DNA of 64,000 bases, from NCBI GenBank assembly GCA_030649945.1, contig JAUSFE010000104.1, forward strand, positions 97,383 through 161,382, given 5' to 3'. Below are positions 46,887 to 55,409 of this stretch, in pieces. Below the pieces are notes generated by a model. The model worked only from the letters and a program-made list of their open reading frames with translations, ran no database searches and was not told where the DNA came from. The position numbers and the translations under genes were made by a program. The first letter of the stretch is position 1; the number at the start of each line of letters is the position of its first letter. The DNA is from Dehalococcoidia bacterium. GTDB taxonomy: Bacteria; Chloroflexota; Dehalococcoidia; SM23-28-2; RBG-16-64-32.

Positions 46887-48239
46887 GTGGCGACGGCCAA
46901 ACGGATCGAGGCAGAGGTGGACTTCGCGGCCCTGGAGACGGAGGCCGTGCGCCTGCTGCGCGACTACGTGACGATCGACACCACGAACCCGCCGGGCGAC
47001 GTCTCGAAGGCGGCGGACTGGGTAGAGGCAGCGCTGCGCGCGGAGGGCATCGAGACGCTGAGGCTGGGGCCGGCGCCGGAGAAGGCCAACGTGGTCGCGA
47101 CGATCGGCGAGGGAGACGCCCGGGGGAGGGGGCTGGTGCTGGCGCACCACATGGATGTGGTGCCGGCGGTACGGGAGGACTGGAGCGCTGAGCCCTTCGG
47201 CGGGGAACTGCGCGAGGGGTTCGTCTGGGGCCGCGGGACACTGGACATGAAGGGCTTCGGCGTTCTCAGCATGCTCTGCGCCCGCACCCTGAAGCGCCTG
47301 GGGCTTCCGTTATCGCGTCCGTTGCGCATTCTGGCGACCGCGGACGAGGAGGTGGGCGGCATCGGCGGGGCGAAGTGGCTGGCGGCGAACCACCTGGACG
47401 CCGTGGGAGGCGAGTTCCTGTTGACGGAGGGGAGCTTCGCGCGCGCCGGGCCGCGGGCCACGTACTACGCCGTGCAGGTGGCGGAGAAGGGCGTGAGCAC
47501 GGCAAAGCTGACGGCGCGCGGACAGCCGGGGCACGCGTCCTCGCCGCGAGAGGACAACGCCGTCGTGCGCATTGGCCGGGCCCTGGCGAAGATCGGTGAG
47601 TACCGCTCGCCGCCCGCGGCGCTGGATCTGGCGCGGCGCTACCTCTCGGCCTTCCCGCCCCGCGCCCTCAGGCTTCCGGAAGGAAGGACGGTGGGCGGCC
47701 TGAGCGACGTGGAGATGGAGGAGCTGCTGTACCGGCTGAGCGGTGGCAGCCGCATCCAGAATATGCTGCGCAACACGTTCTCGCCGACGATGGTGAACGC
47801 CGGGCTGGGGCAGAACGTGATCCCGCCGCTCTGCGAGGCATATGTGGACTGCCGTACGGTGCCGGGCGTGAGCAGCGAGGGCGTGCTGGAGGAGCTGGCC
47901 CAGGTTATCGGCGACCAGGAGGTTCAGCTGGAACTGGTGAAGTCCAGCGTAGGCACGGAGTCGCCGGCAGAGAGCGAACTGTTCGGGGCGATCCGCCAGG
48001 CGGTGCACGGCGAGCGGCCGGAGGCAATCGTGGTGCCGTACTTGACGAGCGGCGGGACGGACTGCAAGCACTTCCGCCCGCACGGGATAGTGTGCTACGG
48101 GCACATCCCGTTCGAGCTGGACGACAGCGAGGCGGAGCGCATCCACGGCGTGGATGAGCGCGTGTCGGTCGAGAACCTGGGGCGGGCGCTGCGGGTACTG
48201 TGGCGGGTGGTCGTGGGAATGTGTGCGGGGAATGGGTGA
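46887..48239 (+). CDS. M20/M25/M40 family metallopeptidase
   Basis: HMDVVP, GRGTLDMKG, DEEVGG, GHAS, GGTD and IHGVDE. Confidence 0.93.
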   Translation: MATAKRIEAEVDFAALETEAVRLLRDYVTIDTTNPPGDVSKAADWVEAALRAEGIETLRLGPAPEKANVVATIGEGDARGRGLVLAHHMDVVPAVREDWSAEPFGGELREGFVWGRGTLDMKGFGVLSMLCARTLKRLGLPLSRPLRILATADEEVGGIGGAKWLAANHLDAVGGEFLLTEGSFARAGPRATYYAVQVAEKGVSTAKLTARGQPGHASSPREDNAVVRIGRALAKIGEYRSPPAALDLARRYLSAFPPRALRLPEGRTVGGLSDVEMEELLYRLSGGSRIQNMLRNTFSPTMVNAGLGQNVIPPLCEAYVDCRTVPGVSSEGVLEELAQVIGDQEVQLELVKSSVGTESPAESELFGAIRQAVHGERPEAIVVPYLTSGGTDCKHFRPHGIVCYGHIPFELDDSEAERIHGVDERVSVENLGRALRVLWRVVVGMCAGNG

Positions 48240-48411
48240 TGGGCTGGTGGCGAGTCGCCCCGCCCCGTCCGGCGTCAGGCTGAAGTCTGACCCGCCGAGA
48301 GCCGGAAGGCGCCGGCGCCACTGACAGGACGCTGTCAGGCGCCGGCGTTAGGCTGGCGGCAGCTGAGCGAACCAGGAAGGGAAAATGCGGGCCACTTACA
48401 GCGAAAGGCGC

Positions 48412-48440
48412 TTGACAGCGTCCGGGAAGACGCATAGGAT
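48412..48440 (+). promoter_or_regulatory. sigma70-type promoter
   Basis: TTGACA-N17-TAGGAT. Confidence 0.75.
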
Positions 48441-48469
48441 AACCGCATCAGGTTTCGGTGCACAGCATT

Positions 48470-48562
48470 ATGATGAGCGTTATCTACATCAGCCCCGTGC
48501 GCGTGACCCCTATGGTCAGCGACCACCCGGGAGAGATTGCGTTCGGAAGCGGGCCACCCTGA
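48470..48562 (+). CDS. 30-aa leader or precursor peptide candidate (MMSVIYISPVRVTPMVSDHPGEIAFGSGPP)
   Basis: ORF lies between the promoter and the hairpin; no clear SD; not in the ORF track. Confidence 0.45.
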   Translation: MMSVIYISPVRVTPMVSDHPGEIAFGSGPP

Positions 48563-48585
48563 CACCTCGATAACCCACAACAGGC

Positions 48586-48625
48586 AGAGCCCGTTTCCGG
48601 CAGGAAGCGGGCTCTAGTGTTTCTT
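48586..48625 (+). terminator. Terminator/attenuator-like hairpin upstream of the GNAT gene
   Basis: AGAGCCCGTTTCC-GGCA-GGAAGCGGGCTCT followed by AGTGTTTCTT. Confidence 0.7.
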
Positions 48626-48636
48626 GGGGGAAGACG

Positions 48637-49932
48637 ATGACGATGAACACGGAAATGTCCATATTCGACAGGCCGGCAGAGGTGCCGGAAGACCTGCTAA
48701 AGCTGGCGGCCGAGAAGGGGTGGCCGGAGGACCTCATCCGCCGCGGGCTGGAGCTGCGCCTCCACCGGCGCGCGATGGAGTGGTGGATGACGACGGAGCG
48801 GCAGATGACGCCGGAGCTTGCCCGCCGCTTCCTGGACACCCGCGAGCAACTGCTGAACGGGACGATGCGCGTGCGCGAGGCGACCTGGACGGACTCCGAG
48901 GCGCTGGCGGACCTCTACGCCAGCTCTCCGGAGGAGATCGGCGACTGGGAGATCACCGTCGAGCGCGGCCCGTACGCGTTCGCGCAGTTCCGGCTGCAGG
49001 AACACGTGAGCGTTACGATCGTCGAAGACAAGGGGATCATCCTGGCTGCGACGGCCGATTCGTCCCGGAACACGGTCGTCGGCGGACAGCGCACGACGGC
49101 GCACATCGCCTCGGCCTGGCGAGTGCGGAAGGAGTGCCGGGGCCAGGGGCTGAGCCACTGGCTGCGGCTCATCGGCGGGCCGGGGTGCGGCTGGTTCGGA
49201 TGGTACAACTACTACTACGTGCGCCCGCAGAACTTCGCCGCCCTCGGCTGGATCAAGACCTTCCTGAAGGACGCCGTGGAAGGCCTGGCGGAAGTGGAAG
49301 GCGACGTGCCGGGGATGCGCGTGAGCGTGCTCCACTTCGCGCCACGGCCGCTGCGGAGGGACAGGACCGGAATCCGGCACGTAACCGAGGCCGACCTGCC
49401 GCAGTGCCTGCGTCTGATCAACCGCACGCACAAGGGCCGCGACCTGTTCCGGCCGTACAGCAGGGAGTTCCTGGAGGAGCGCCTGAACGACCCCTGCTGG
49501 GGCGAGAAGCCGCCCTTCTGGGAGCCGGTCTACGGCTGGCCGGACTACTACGTGGTGGAAGAGGAGGGGCGCGTGGTGGCCTGCGGCGGGCTGTGGGACA
49601 AGGGCGCGCACGGGCGCGAAGCCTGGCGCCACAAGGAGACCGGCGAGACGAAGACCATTGACTGCACGGCGCTGCTGGACTTCGGCTACGCCGCCGGGCG
49701 AGAGGAGGCGATGGCGCGGCTCATCGGCTTCTTCATCGGCAAGACGCACGCACTGGGGCGCAGCCACCTGGCTGCGGGCGTCGAGCACCTGCCGCGGCTG
49801 GTGAAGGCGCTGGCGCAACTGGAGCCGACGACGGAGACGCGGGCACTCCACTGGCAGCGCTACGACCCGGTAGCGGACCAGTGGGTGGCGGACGCGCTCC
49901 AGCGGCCGTACACGGACCTGGCCTACTGGTGA
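48637..49932 (+). CDS. Tandem GNAT-fold acyltransferase-like protein
   Basis: VREAT..D, WRVRKECRGQGLS acetyl-CoA motif; second IRHVTEADL...VVACGGLWD module. Confidence 0.7.
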   Translation: MTMNTEMSIFDRPAEVPEDLLKLAAEKGWPEDLIRRGLELRLHRRAMEWWMTTERQMTPELARRFLDTREQLLNGTMRVREATWTDSEALADLYASSPEEIGDWEITVERGPYAFAQFRLQEHVSVTIVEDKGIILAATADSSRNTVVGGQRTTAHIASAWRVRKECRGQGLSHWLRLIGGPGCGWFGWYNYYYVRPQNFAALGWIKTFLKDAVEGLAEVEGDVPGMRVSVLHFAPRPLRRDRTGIRHVTEADLPQCLRLINRTHKGRDLFRPYSREFLEERLNDPCWGEKPPFWEPVYGWPDYYVVEEEGRVVACGGLWDKGAHGREAWRHKETGETKTIDCTALLDFGYAAGREEAMARLIGFFIGKTHALGRSHLAAGVEHLPRLVKALAQLEPTTETRALHWQRYDPVADQWVADALQRPYTDLAYW

Positions 49933-49936
49933 TGCC

Positions 49937-51793
49937 GTGAGCCGCTGGTTCGACCCGAGCGCCCCACTGCCGCCTTCGGCCACGGTAGCCCCGGTGCAGC
50001 ACGTCTACAGGCGCATCCTGGGGCACATGCGCCTGTTCTGGCGCGGCATCGGCCTCAGCGTGGGGCTGGCCATGATCAGCTCGCTCTTCATCACGCTGCA
50101 ACCGTGGCCGATCAAGTTCATCATTGACGGCGTGCTGGTGAACAGCCGGCTGAACCTGGGGCCGCTGGGCCACGTTGTAAGCGACACGGACGACGACAAG
50201 CTGGTGGTGGGCGCGGCGCTGGCGGGCGCTTACCTGGTGATCACGGTTGTGGGAGTGCTGTTCAACGCCGCCAGCTTCTACGCCATCGCGCGGACGGCGC
50301 TGCTCATGATCCACAACCTGCGCTCGCGGCTGGTGGGGCACGTGCGCTCACTCTCCATGCGCTACCACGCGAACCAATCGGTGGGGGACACCATCTGGCG
50401 GGCGATCAACGATGCGCGGAGCATCCAGGAGGTGATGATCTTCGGCATCCGCACGTGGACGGTGCTGGTCTTCCGGCTGGTGATCATGGTCGGTTTCATG
50501 CTGCTGCTGGACCCGCTGCTGACGCTGGTCTCGCTGGCGGTGCTGCCGCTGCTCTTCATCACGATCCACCGGCTGACGGCGCGCATTCAGCGCACCTCGC
50601 AGGAGAGCCGGGAGCACATGAGCCGCATGACCTCGCTGATCGAGCAGACGATGGGCGCGATCCGGGCGGTGCAGGTGTTCGGGCGCGAGGGGATGGAGCA
50701 GCGGCGCTTTGAGACGACGAGCATGAACTTCGTGCAGGCGCAGCTGAAGTTCCGCCGCTCCGAGCAGGTGCTGAACGTGGCCACCGTCGTCATCACCGGC
50801 CTGGGCACGGCGGCGGTGCTGTTCTTCGCCTCGTACCGGGTGATCCACAGCGCGCTGACGGTGGGGTCGCTCTGGGTGTTCGTGAGCTACATGCAGTCGC
50901 TCTACCAGATGATGAACGAGATCATGTTCGTGTACGGACCGTTCCAGGACGCTGTCGTGGGCGTGGGCAGGGCGTTCCAGGTGCTGGACGAAGCGTCCGA
51001 CATCCGGGAGGCGCCGGACGCCATCGCGAAGACGTCGTTCGAGCGCTCGTTGCGGTTCCGGGACGTGCAGTTGCAGTACGAAAGCGGCCGGCCTGTGCTG
51101 CGCGGGGTGGACTTCGAGGTGTGCCGCGGCGAGAAGGTGGCGATTGTGGGGGAGACGGGCTCCGGCAAGACGAGCATCCTGAACCTCATACCGCGTCTCT
51201 ACGATGTGACGGGCGGGGCCGTGGAGATGGACGGGGTGGACGTGCGCAGGCTCAAAATTGCGGACCTGCGAGACCTGGTGAGCATGGTGCCGCAGGAGCC
51301 GCTGCTGTTCGCAGCGACAGCGCGGGAGAACATCCTCTACGGGCGGCTGGACGCTACCCCGGAGGAGGTGCGGGCGGCGGCGACGGCGGCGCGGGCGGAC
51401 GGCTTCATCCAGGAGCTGAGCGCGAAGTATGAGACGGAGGTGGGCGAGCGCGGCGTCAAGCTCTCCACCGGCCAGCAGCAGCGGATATCGATCGCGCGGG
51501 CGTTTCTCAAGAACGCGCCGATCCTGCTGCTGGACGAGCCGACGTCGGCGCTGGACCTGCGGACGGAGGCCGACTTCCTGGACGGCCTCTCGGAGCTGAT
51601 GGCGGGCCGCACGGTGATCATCGTTGCGCACCGGCTTTCGACGATCCGCAATGTGGACCGCATCTATTTCCTGGAGGACGGCGTCTTCGCGGAGTGCGGC
51701 AGCCACGAGGAGCTGATGCAGCAGAAGGGCCATTATTACGAGCTGTTCATGCGCCAGTTCGGGTCCGGCGCGGCGGAACCAGCGATCGTCTGA
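49937..51793 (+). CDS. ABC exporter, fused permease/ATPase
   Basis: TM domain; GETGSGKT, LSTGQQQR, LLLDEPTSALD and AHRLST. Confidence 0.95.
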   Translation: MSRWFDPSAPLPPSATVAPVQHVYRRILGHMRLFWRGIGLSVGLAMISSLFITLQPWPIKFIIDGVLVNSRLNLGPLGHVVSDTDDDKLVVGAALAGAYLVITVVGVLFNAASFYAIARTALLMIHNLRSRLVGHVRSLSMRYHANQSVGDTIWRAINDARSIQEVMIFGIRTWTVLVFRLVIMVGFMLLLDPLLTLVSLAVLPLLFITIHRLTARIQRTSQESREHMSRMTSLIEQTMGAIRAVQVFGREGMEQRRFETTSMNFVQAQLKFRRSEQVLNVATVVITGLGTAAVLFFASYRVIHSALTVGSLWVFVSYMQSLYQMMNEIMFVYGPFQDAVVGVGRAFQVLDEASDIREAPDAIAKTSFERSLRFRDVQLQYESGRPVLRGVDFEVCRGEKVAIVGETGSGKTSILNLIPRLYDVTGGAVEMDGVDVRRLKIADLRDLVSMVPQEPLLFAATARENILYGRLDATPEEVRAAATAARADGFIQELSAKYETEVGERGVKLSTGQQQRISIARAFLKNAPILLLDEPTSALDLRTEADFLDGLSELMAGRTVIIVAHRLSTIRNVDRIYFLEDGVFAECGSHEELMQQKGHYYELFMRQFGSGAAEPAIV

Positions 51794-51869
51794 GGGCCCG
51801 CTGAAGCGGCCCCGGCCGCACCCCCGGCGAGTTGAGAGAGCGAGGGGGCTCCGCTAATATAAGATGCGA

Positions 51870-51944
51870 GCGGGCGTAGCTCAGTGGTAGAGCATCTGCT
51901 TCCCAAGCAGAGGGTCGTGGGTTCGAGCCCCATCGCCCGCTCCA
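51870..51944 (+). tRNA. tRNA-Gly (CCC)
   Basis: Cloverleaf nearly identical to tRNA-Gly(TCC); anticodon loop TTCCCAA; encoded CCA. Confidence 0.98.
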
Positions 51945-52488
51945 GATACGGATTCGACACCTGATGACCGCCAAGAGACGGTCTTTTTTCGTGGAAGCTT
52001 AGGGCCTTGATCTATCTGTCGTCGCCTCGGAGCATCGATCTTAGACACGAAATCATGGCCCTCTGCCATGCAAGCTGATGGCCGCCGCGGTGGCTTGCTC
52101 CTCATCGCGTATAATTCGCGCCATGGAGCGTTGGGATCCGCTACTGCACGACGGAGGGTGGCGTCCGCGTCGCTTACTTACAAGGAGATGCACATGACAG
52201 ACTTGGAGAGGTACGAGACAGACGCGATCCGCGTGACCTACGACTCGGGCGTCTGCGTCCACGCCGCCGAATGCATTCGCGGCCTCCCCGAGGTCTTCAA
52301 CGCCGACGCCCAGCCCTGGATCCAGCCGCAACACGCGGACCCCAACGCCGTCGCCGAGCAGGTCAAGCGCTGCCCCAGCGGCGCGCTTCAGTACCAGTTC
52401 CTTAAGCAGCCTCAATAACTCCCATCGCCCCGGCGTCAGCGGCTACGGAGGGTCGTGGGTTCGAGCCCCATCGCCCGCTCCAGATACG
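51910..52488. mobile_element. Integrase-free 538-bp cassette at tRNA-Gly(CCC), bounded by 41-bp direct repeats
   Basis: 51910-51950 identical to 52448-52488 (GAGGGTCGTGGGTTCGAGCCCCATCGCCCGCTCCAGATACG). Confidence 0.85.
52194..52418 (+). CDS. Divergent 4Fe-4S mono-cluster protein (YjdI/Fer4_19-like)
   Basis: CVHAAECIRGLPEVF..PWI..CPSGAL; AAGGAG RBS. Confidence 0.88.
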   Translation: MTDLERYETDAIRVTYDSGVCVHAAECIRGLPEVFNADAQPWIQPQHADPNAVAEQVKRCPSGALQYQFLKQPQ

Positions 52489-52828
52489 ATTTTCTCTCCT
52501 CAAGCGCTACAGGCCGCGGACGTTACGTCGCTTGTCCCGGGGGGCCGGCCGCCGTTCATCCTGTCAAGGCGAGCCTGGCTCCGCAAGCTTGACGCTGGGC
52601 CGGTTGCCTCTATGAATAAGGGCCAAACGGACTGTGGGAACGTGACTCGACGCCCATTGTGGGCCCGTGTACGATGGGTCAGGATTGCATGTGACGGAGG
52701 GTACTGTATCGGCGGGAATAGCGTCGTGCTTCAGGGGCGGAGCGGCGGTTCATCCAGTGTGAACTCCGCTCCGTCAAATGGGGAGTCGGGCAGCCTGAGG
52801 CCCGAATAGAAGACTGGAAAGCACTCCA

Positions 52829-54124
52829 ATGAGCCTGCAGCGGCTGCGATGGGCGACGATCATCGTCGCGATAGCGTTCCTTGTCGTGGTGCAAGGCGTG
52901 GCGATGGGTTTCGTGATGCCGGCGTTCGGCCGTGCGTACGGCCACGCGGTGTCGATCATCGGATTTGGCGCCGGGATCATCGTGCTCGCGACGATCCTCT
53001 ACAACATCATTGACCGCATGCAGGCGCGCATTGTGCGACAGAATGAGGAGTCGGAAGCGCTGTACGAGATCGCGGTTGACATTGCGGCGCTCGACGATGA
53101 ACGGCAGGTGCTCCAGTCGATCATGGACCGAGCGCGGGAAATGCTGAGTGCTGACGCAGCGGTGCTGTGTCTGGCAGGGCCCAGCGGGGCGCATGTGGCC
53201 GCGGCTCACGCTGGTCTGCCCGAGGCGTTTCGCGTTCAGGGCGTAGTTGCAGATGAGGGGCCGGTGACCGTGGACGGGCAGTTTGGCGTGGACCGCTGTC
53301 CCTTTGTGAATCCAGCGTTCAACAGGATGTCGACTGACCTGATCTCGGGAGGCGAGCGGATCGGCGAGATATGCGTGTTGTCGGCCGTGCTACGAGTGTT
53401 TGGGGAGGACGAAGTGCGCCTGTTAAGGGCGATTGCGCACCTGGCGGCGATCGAGGTACAGAAGGGCAAGCTGATGGAACGGGACCGGCTGGTGGCGGTA
53501 CTGGAAGAGCGCGAACGGCTGGCTAGGGAGATGCACGACACTCTGGCCCAGGTTCTTGGGTACCTGCATCTCACGTCAGAGAGCGCGCGGGCGGGCCTGA
53601 ATGCAGGAGACTTGGCGAAGACAGAGGGGGCGCTGGCGGAGATATCGTCCGTGGCGCACGAGGCGTACGCCGATGTGCGGGAGGCGATCCTGGGACTGAG
53701 AGAGACGGTCTCTCAGCGACGGGGTTTTGTAGACGCGCTGCGGGAGTATGCCGTGAAGTTCAGCCAGCAGGCCGGTGTATCGACCCAGGTGGATATACAC
53801 GGCACAGAGGCGCTGAAACTGGCGCCGGAAGCTGAAGTGCAGCTGCTGCGCGTGATCCAGGAGGCGCTGACGAATGTGCGGAAGCACTCCGGCGCGCGGA
53901 AGGCGTGTGTGAGTCTCGATCAGCGGGACGGGCTGCGGATTACCATAGAGGACGATGGGAAGGGTTTTAACCCTGGTGAACTTGATGAAAACCGCGACCG
54001 GTTTGGCCTGTTTACGATGCGCGAGCGGGTGGAGCGCGTGGGTGGCCGGTTGGAGATTGATTCCGCCGTGGGCATGGGCACGAGGGTCTACGTGATATTC
54101 TCTGACGCGGAGGCTAAGCTATGA
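52829..54124 (+). CDS. Membrane GAF sensor histidine kinase (HisKA_3, NarX-like)
   Basis: 2 TM; EERERLAREMHDTLAQ, QEALTNVRKH, DDGKGF, FGL..MRER and GTRV. Confidence 0.95.
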   Translation: MSLQRLRWATIIVAIAFLVVVQGVAMGFVMPAFGRAYGHAVSIIGFGAGIIVLATILYNIIDRMQARIVRQNEESEALYEIAVDIAALDDERQVLQSIMDRAREMLSADAAVLCLAGPSGAHVAAAHAGLPEAFRVQGVVADEGPVTVDGQFGVDRCPFVNPAFNRMSTDLISGGERIGEICVLSAVLRVFGEDEVRLLRAIAHLAAIEVQKGKLMERDRLVAVLEERERLAREMHDTLAQVLGYLHLTSESARAGLNAGDLAKTEGALAEISSVAHEAYADVREAILGLRETVSQRRGFVDALREYAVKFSQQAGVSTQVDIHGTEALKLAPEAEVQLLRVIQEALTNVRKHSGARKACVSLDQRDGLRITIEDDGKGFNPGELDENRDRFGLFTMRERVERVGGRLEIDSAVGMGTRVYVIFSDAEAKL

Positions 54125-54798
54125 GCGCAGTCCGTGTAGTGCTGGTAGATGATCAGCAGCTGTTCCGCAAGGGTGTTCGCGCGCTACTGGAAGACGAAGA
54201 CGGGTTCGAGGTTGTGGGGGAGGCGGGCAACGGCGCGCAGGGGCTAGAGACTGTCCTTGCCACACACCCAGATGTCGTCCTGATGGATGTGCAGATGCCT
54301 GTCTGCACGGGTGTGGAGGCGACCCGGAACATCAAGGCCCAGCGTCCGGAAACCCGCGTGATCATGCTCACGGTGTCGGACGTGGACGACGACCTGTTCG
54401 ACGCCATCAAGGCCGGGGCGGACGGCTACCTGCTGAAGGACCTGAGGCCAGAAGAGCTGTTCCAGATGATCAGGTGCGTCATGGCTGGAGAAACGCCGAT
54501 CTCGCCGCCGGTGGCCAGCAAGCTACTCGGCGAGTTCCGGAAACGCCCGTGGCGCGAGACCGCCCAGGCGGCAGGATCGGAGCTAACACAGCGGGAGAAA
54601 GAGATCCTGCAACTTGTGGCGTCGGGGCTAAGCAACGCGGAGATCGCCGCGCGGCTGTATATCGTGGAGGGGACAGTGAAGAACCACATCCACAATATCC
54701 TGGAGAAGCTGCACCTACAGAACCGTGTGCAGGCGGCAGGCTTCGCGATCCGGGAGGGATTGGTACATCCGCCAGCCGAAACGCACGAGGGGCCCTAG
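54121..54798 (+). CDS. NarL/LuxR family response regulator
   Basis: VDDQ, DVVLMDVQMP, GYLLK and LTQREKEIL...SNAEIA..TVKNH. Confidence 0.96.
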   Translation: MSAVRVVLVDDQQLFRKGVRALLEDEDGFEVVGEAGNGAQGLETVLATHPDVVLMDVQMPVCTGVEATRNIKAQRPETRVIMLTVSDVDDDLFDAIKAGADGYLLKDLRPEELFQMIRCVMAGETPISPPVASKLLGEFRKRPWRETAQAAGSELTQREKEILQLVASGLSNAEIAARLYIVEGTVKNHIHNILEKLHLQNRVQAAGFAIREGLVHPPAETHEGP

Positions 54799-54945
54799 AC
54801 CCTCGCCTCCTGTATCCAGGCCTATATCCCTGCTGTATCGCTGAGTCCGGCAAAGACCTCAGGCTCCTGTTCCGCCAATCTACCCTGAAGCAACTGCACA
54901 GCGTTGGCCGGTGGCCGTAGTATACGGTCAGGAGCAACCAGGAGA

Positions 54946-55287
54946 ATGCGCAGGTCAAGGGTAGTGGTGCTGTATGTACATCCTCTGTTTGGTCAGGGGA
55001 TTGGGCAGCTCCTGCGATTACACAAGGACCTCGAGGTGACCTGCCTCCCGGTTTCTGAGGACCAGCACGAGGCGTTGCGGCGTCTGCGGCCCCGCGCCAT
55101 TGTGCTTGAGGCGACAGAGGACGGCCTCTCCCGGAAGACGCTGCAAGACCTGCCGCCGGCGATGGTGATCCGCGTGGGGCTGGACGAGAACACGATGGAC
55201 GTGTACCAGCGCCACCAGATCGTCAGCGCCGGTCCGGACAACCTGGTGGAAGCGATCCACTCCGGCCTGCGGCGCAAGGCCTCCTGA
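54946..55287 (+). CDS. Hypothetical protein resembling a degenerate receiver domain
   Basis: RVVVL..HPLFGQGIGQLL...LEV resembles a NarL REC N-terminus but lacks the acidic pair; AGGAG upstream. Confidence 0.6.
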   Translation: MRRSRVVVLYVHPLFGQGIGQLLRLHKDLEVTCLPVSEDQHEALRRLRPRAIVLEATEDGLSRKTLQDLPPAMVIRVGLDENTMDVYQRHQIVSAGPDNLVEAIHSGLRRKAS

Positions 55288-55409
55288 TCTCTTTCGTCTC
55301 TGTACTCTCTGTCCCATCACACATCGCCGCGTGTACCTAACATGTGACCGTAGGTTCATGTTGCCGGCCCTCTTGAACAGCAAGAGTTAGCTAGGTACGG
55401 AGGAGAGAG

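Noticed and set aside
48470-48562. Lasso peptide precursor
   Set aside because: YxxP and a Thr are present, but the core would start with Met and no B/C (peptidase/cyclase) genes are nearby; kept only as a generic peptide candidate.
38209-51944. One 13.6-kb island between the two tRNA-Gly genes
   Set aside because: Both are complete tRNAs with different anticodons and their own promoters; the genes at 41079-51793 look host-like in codon usage.
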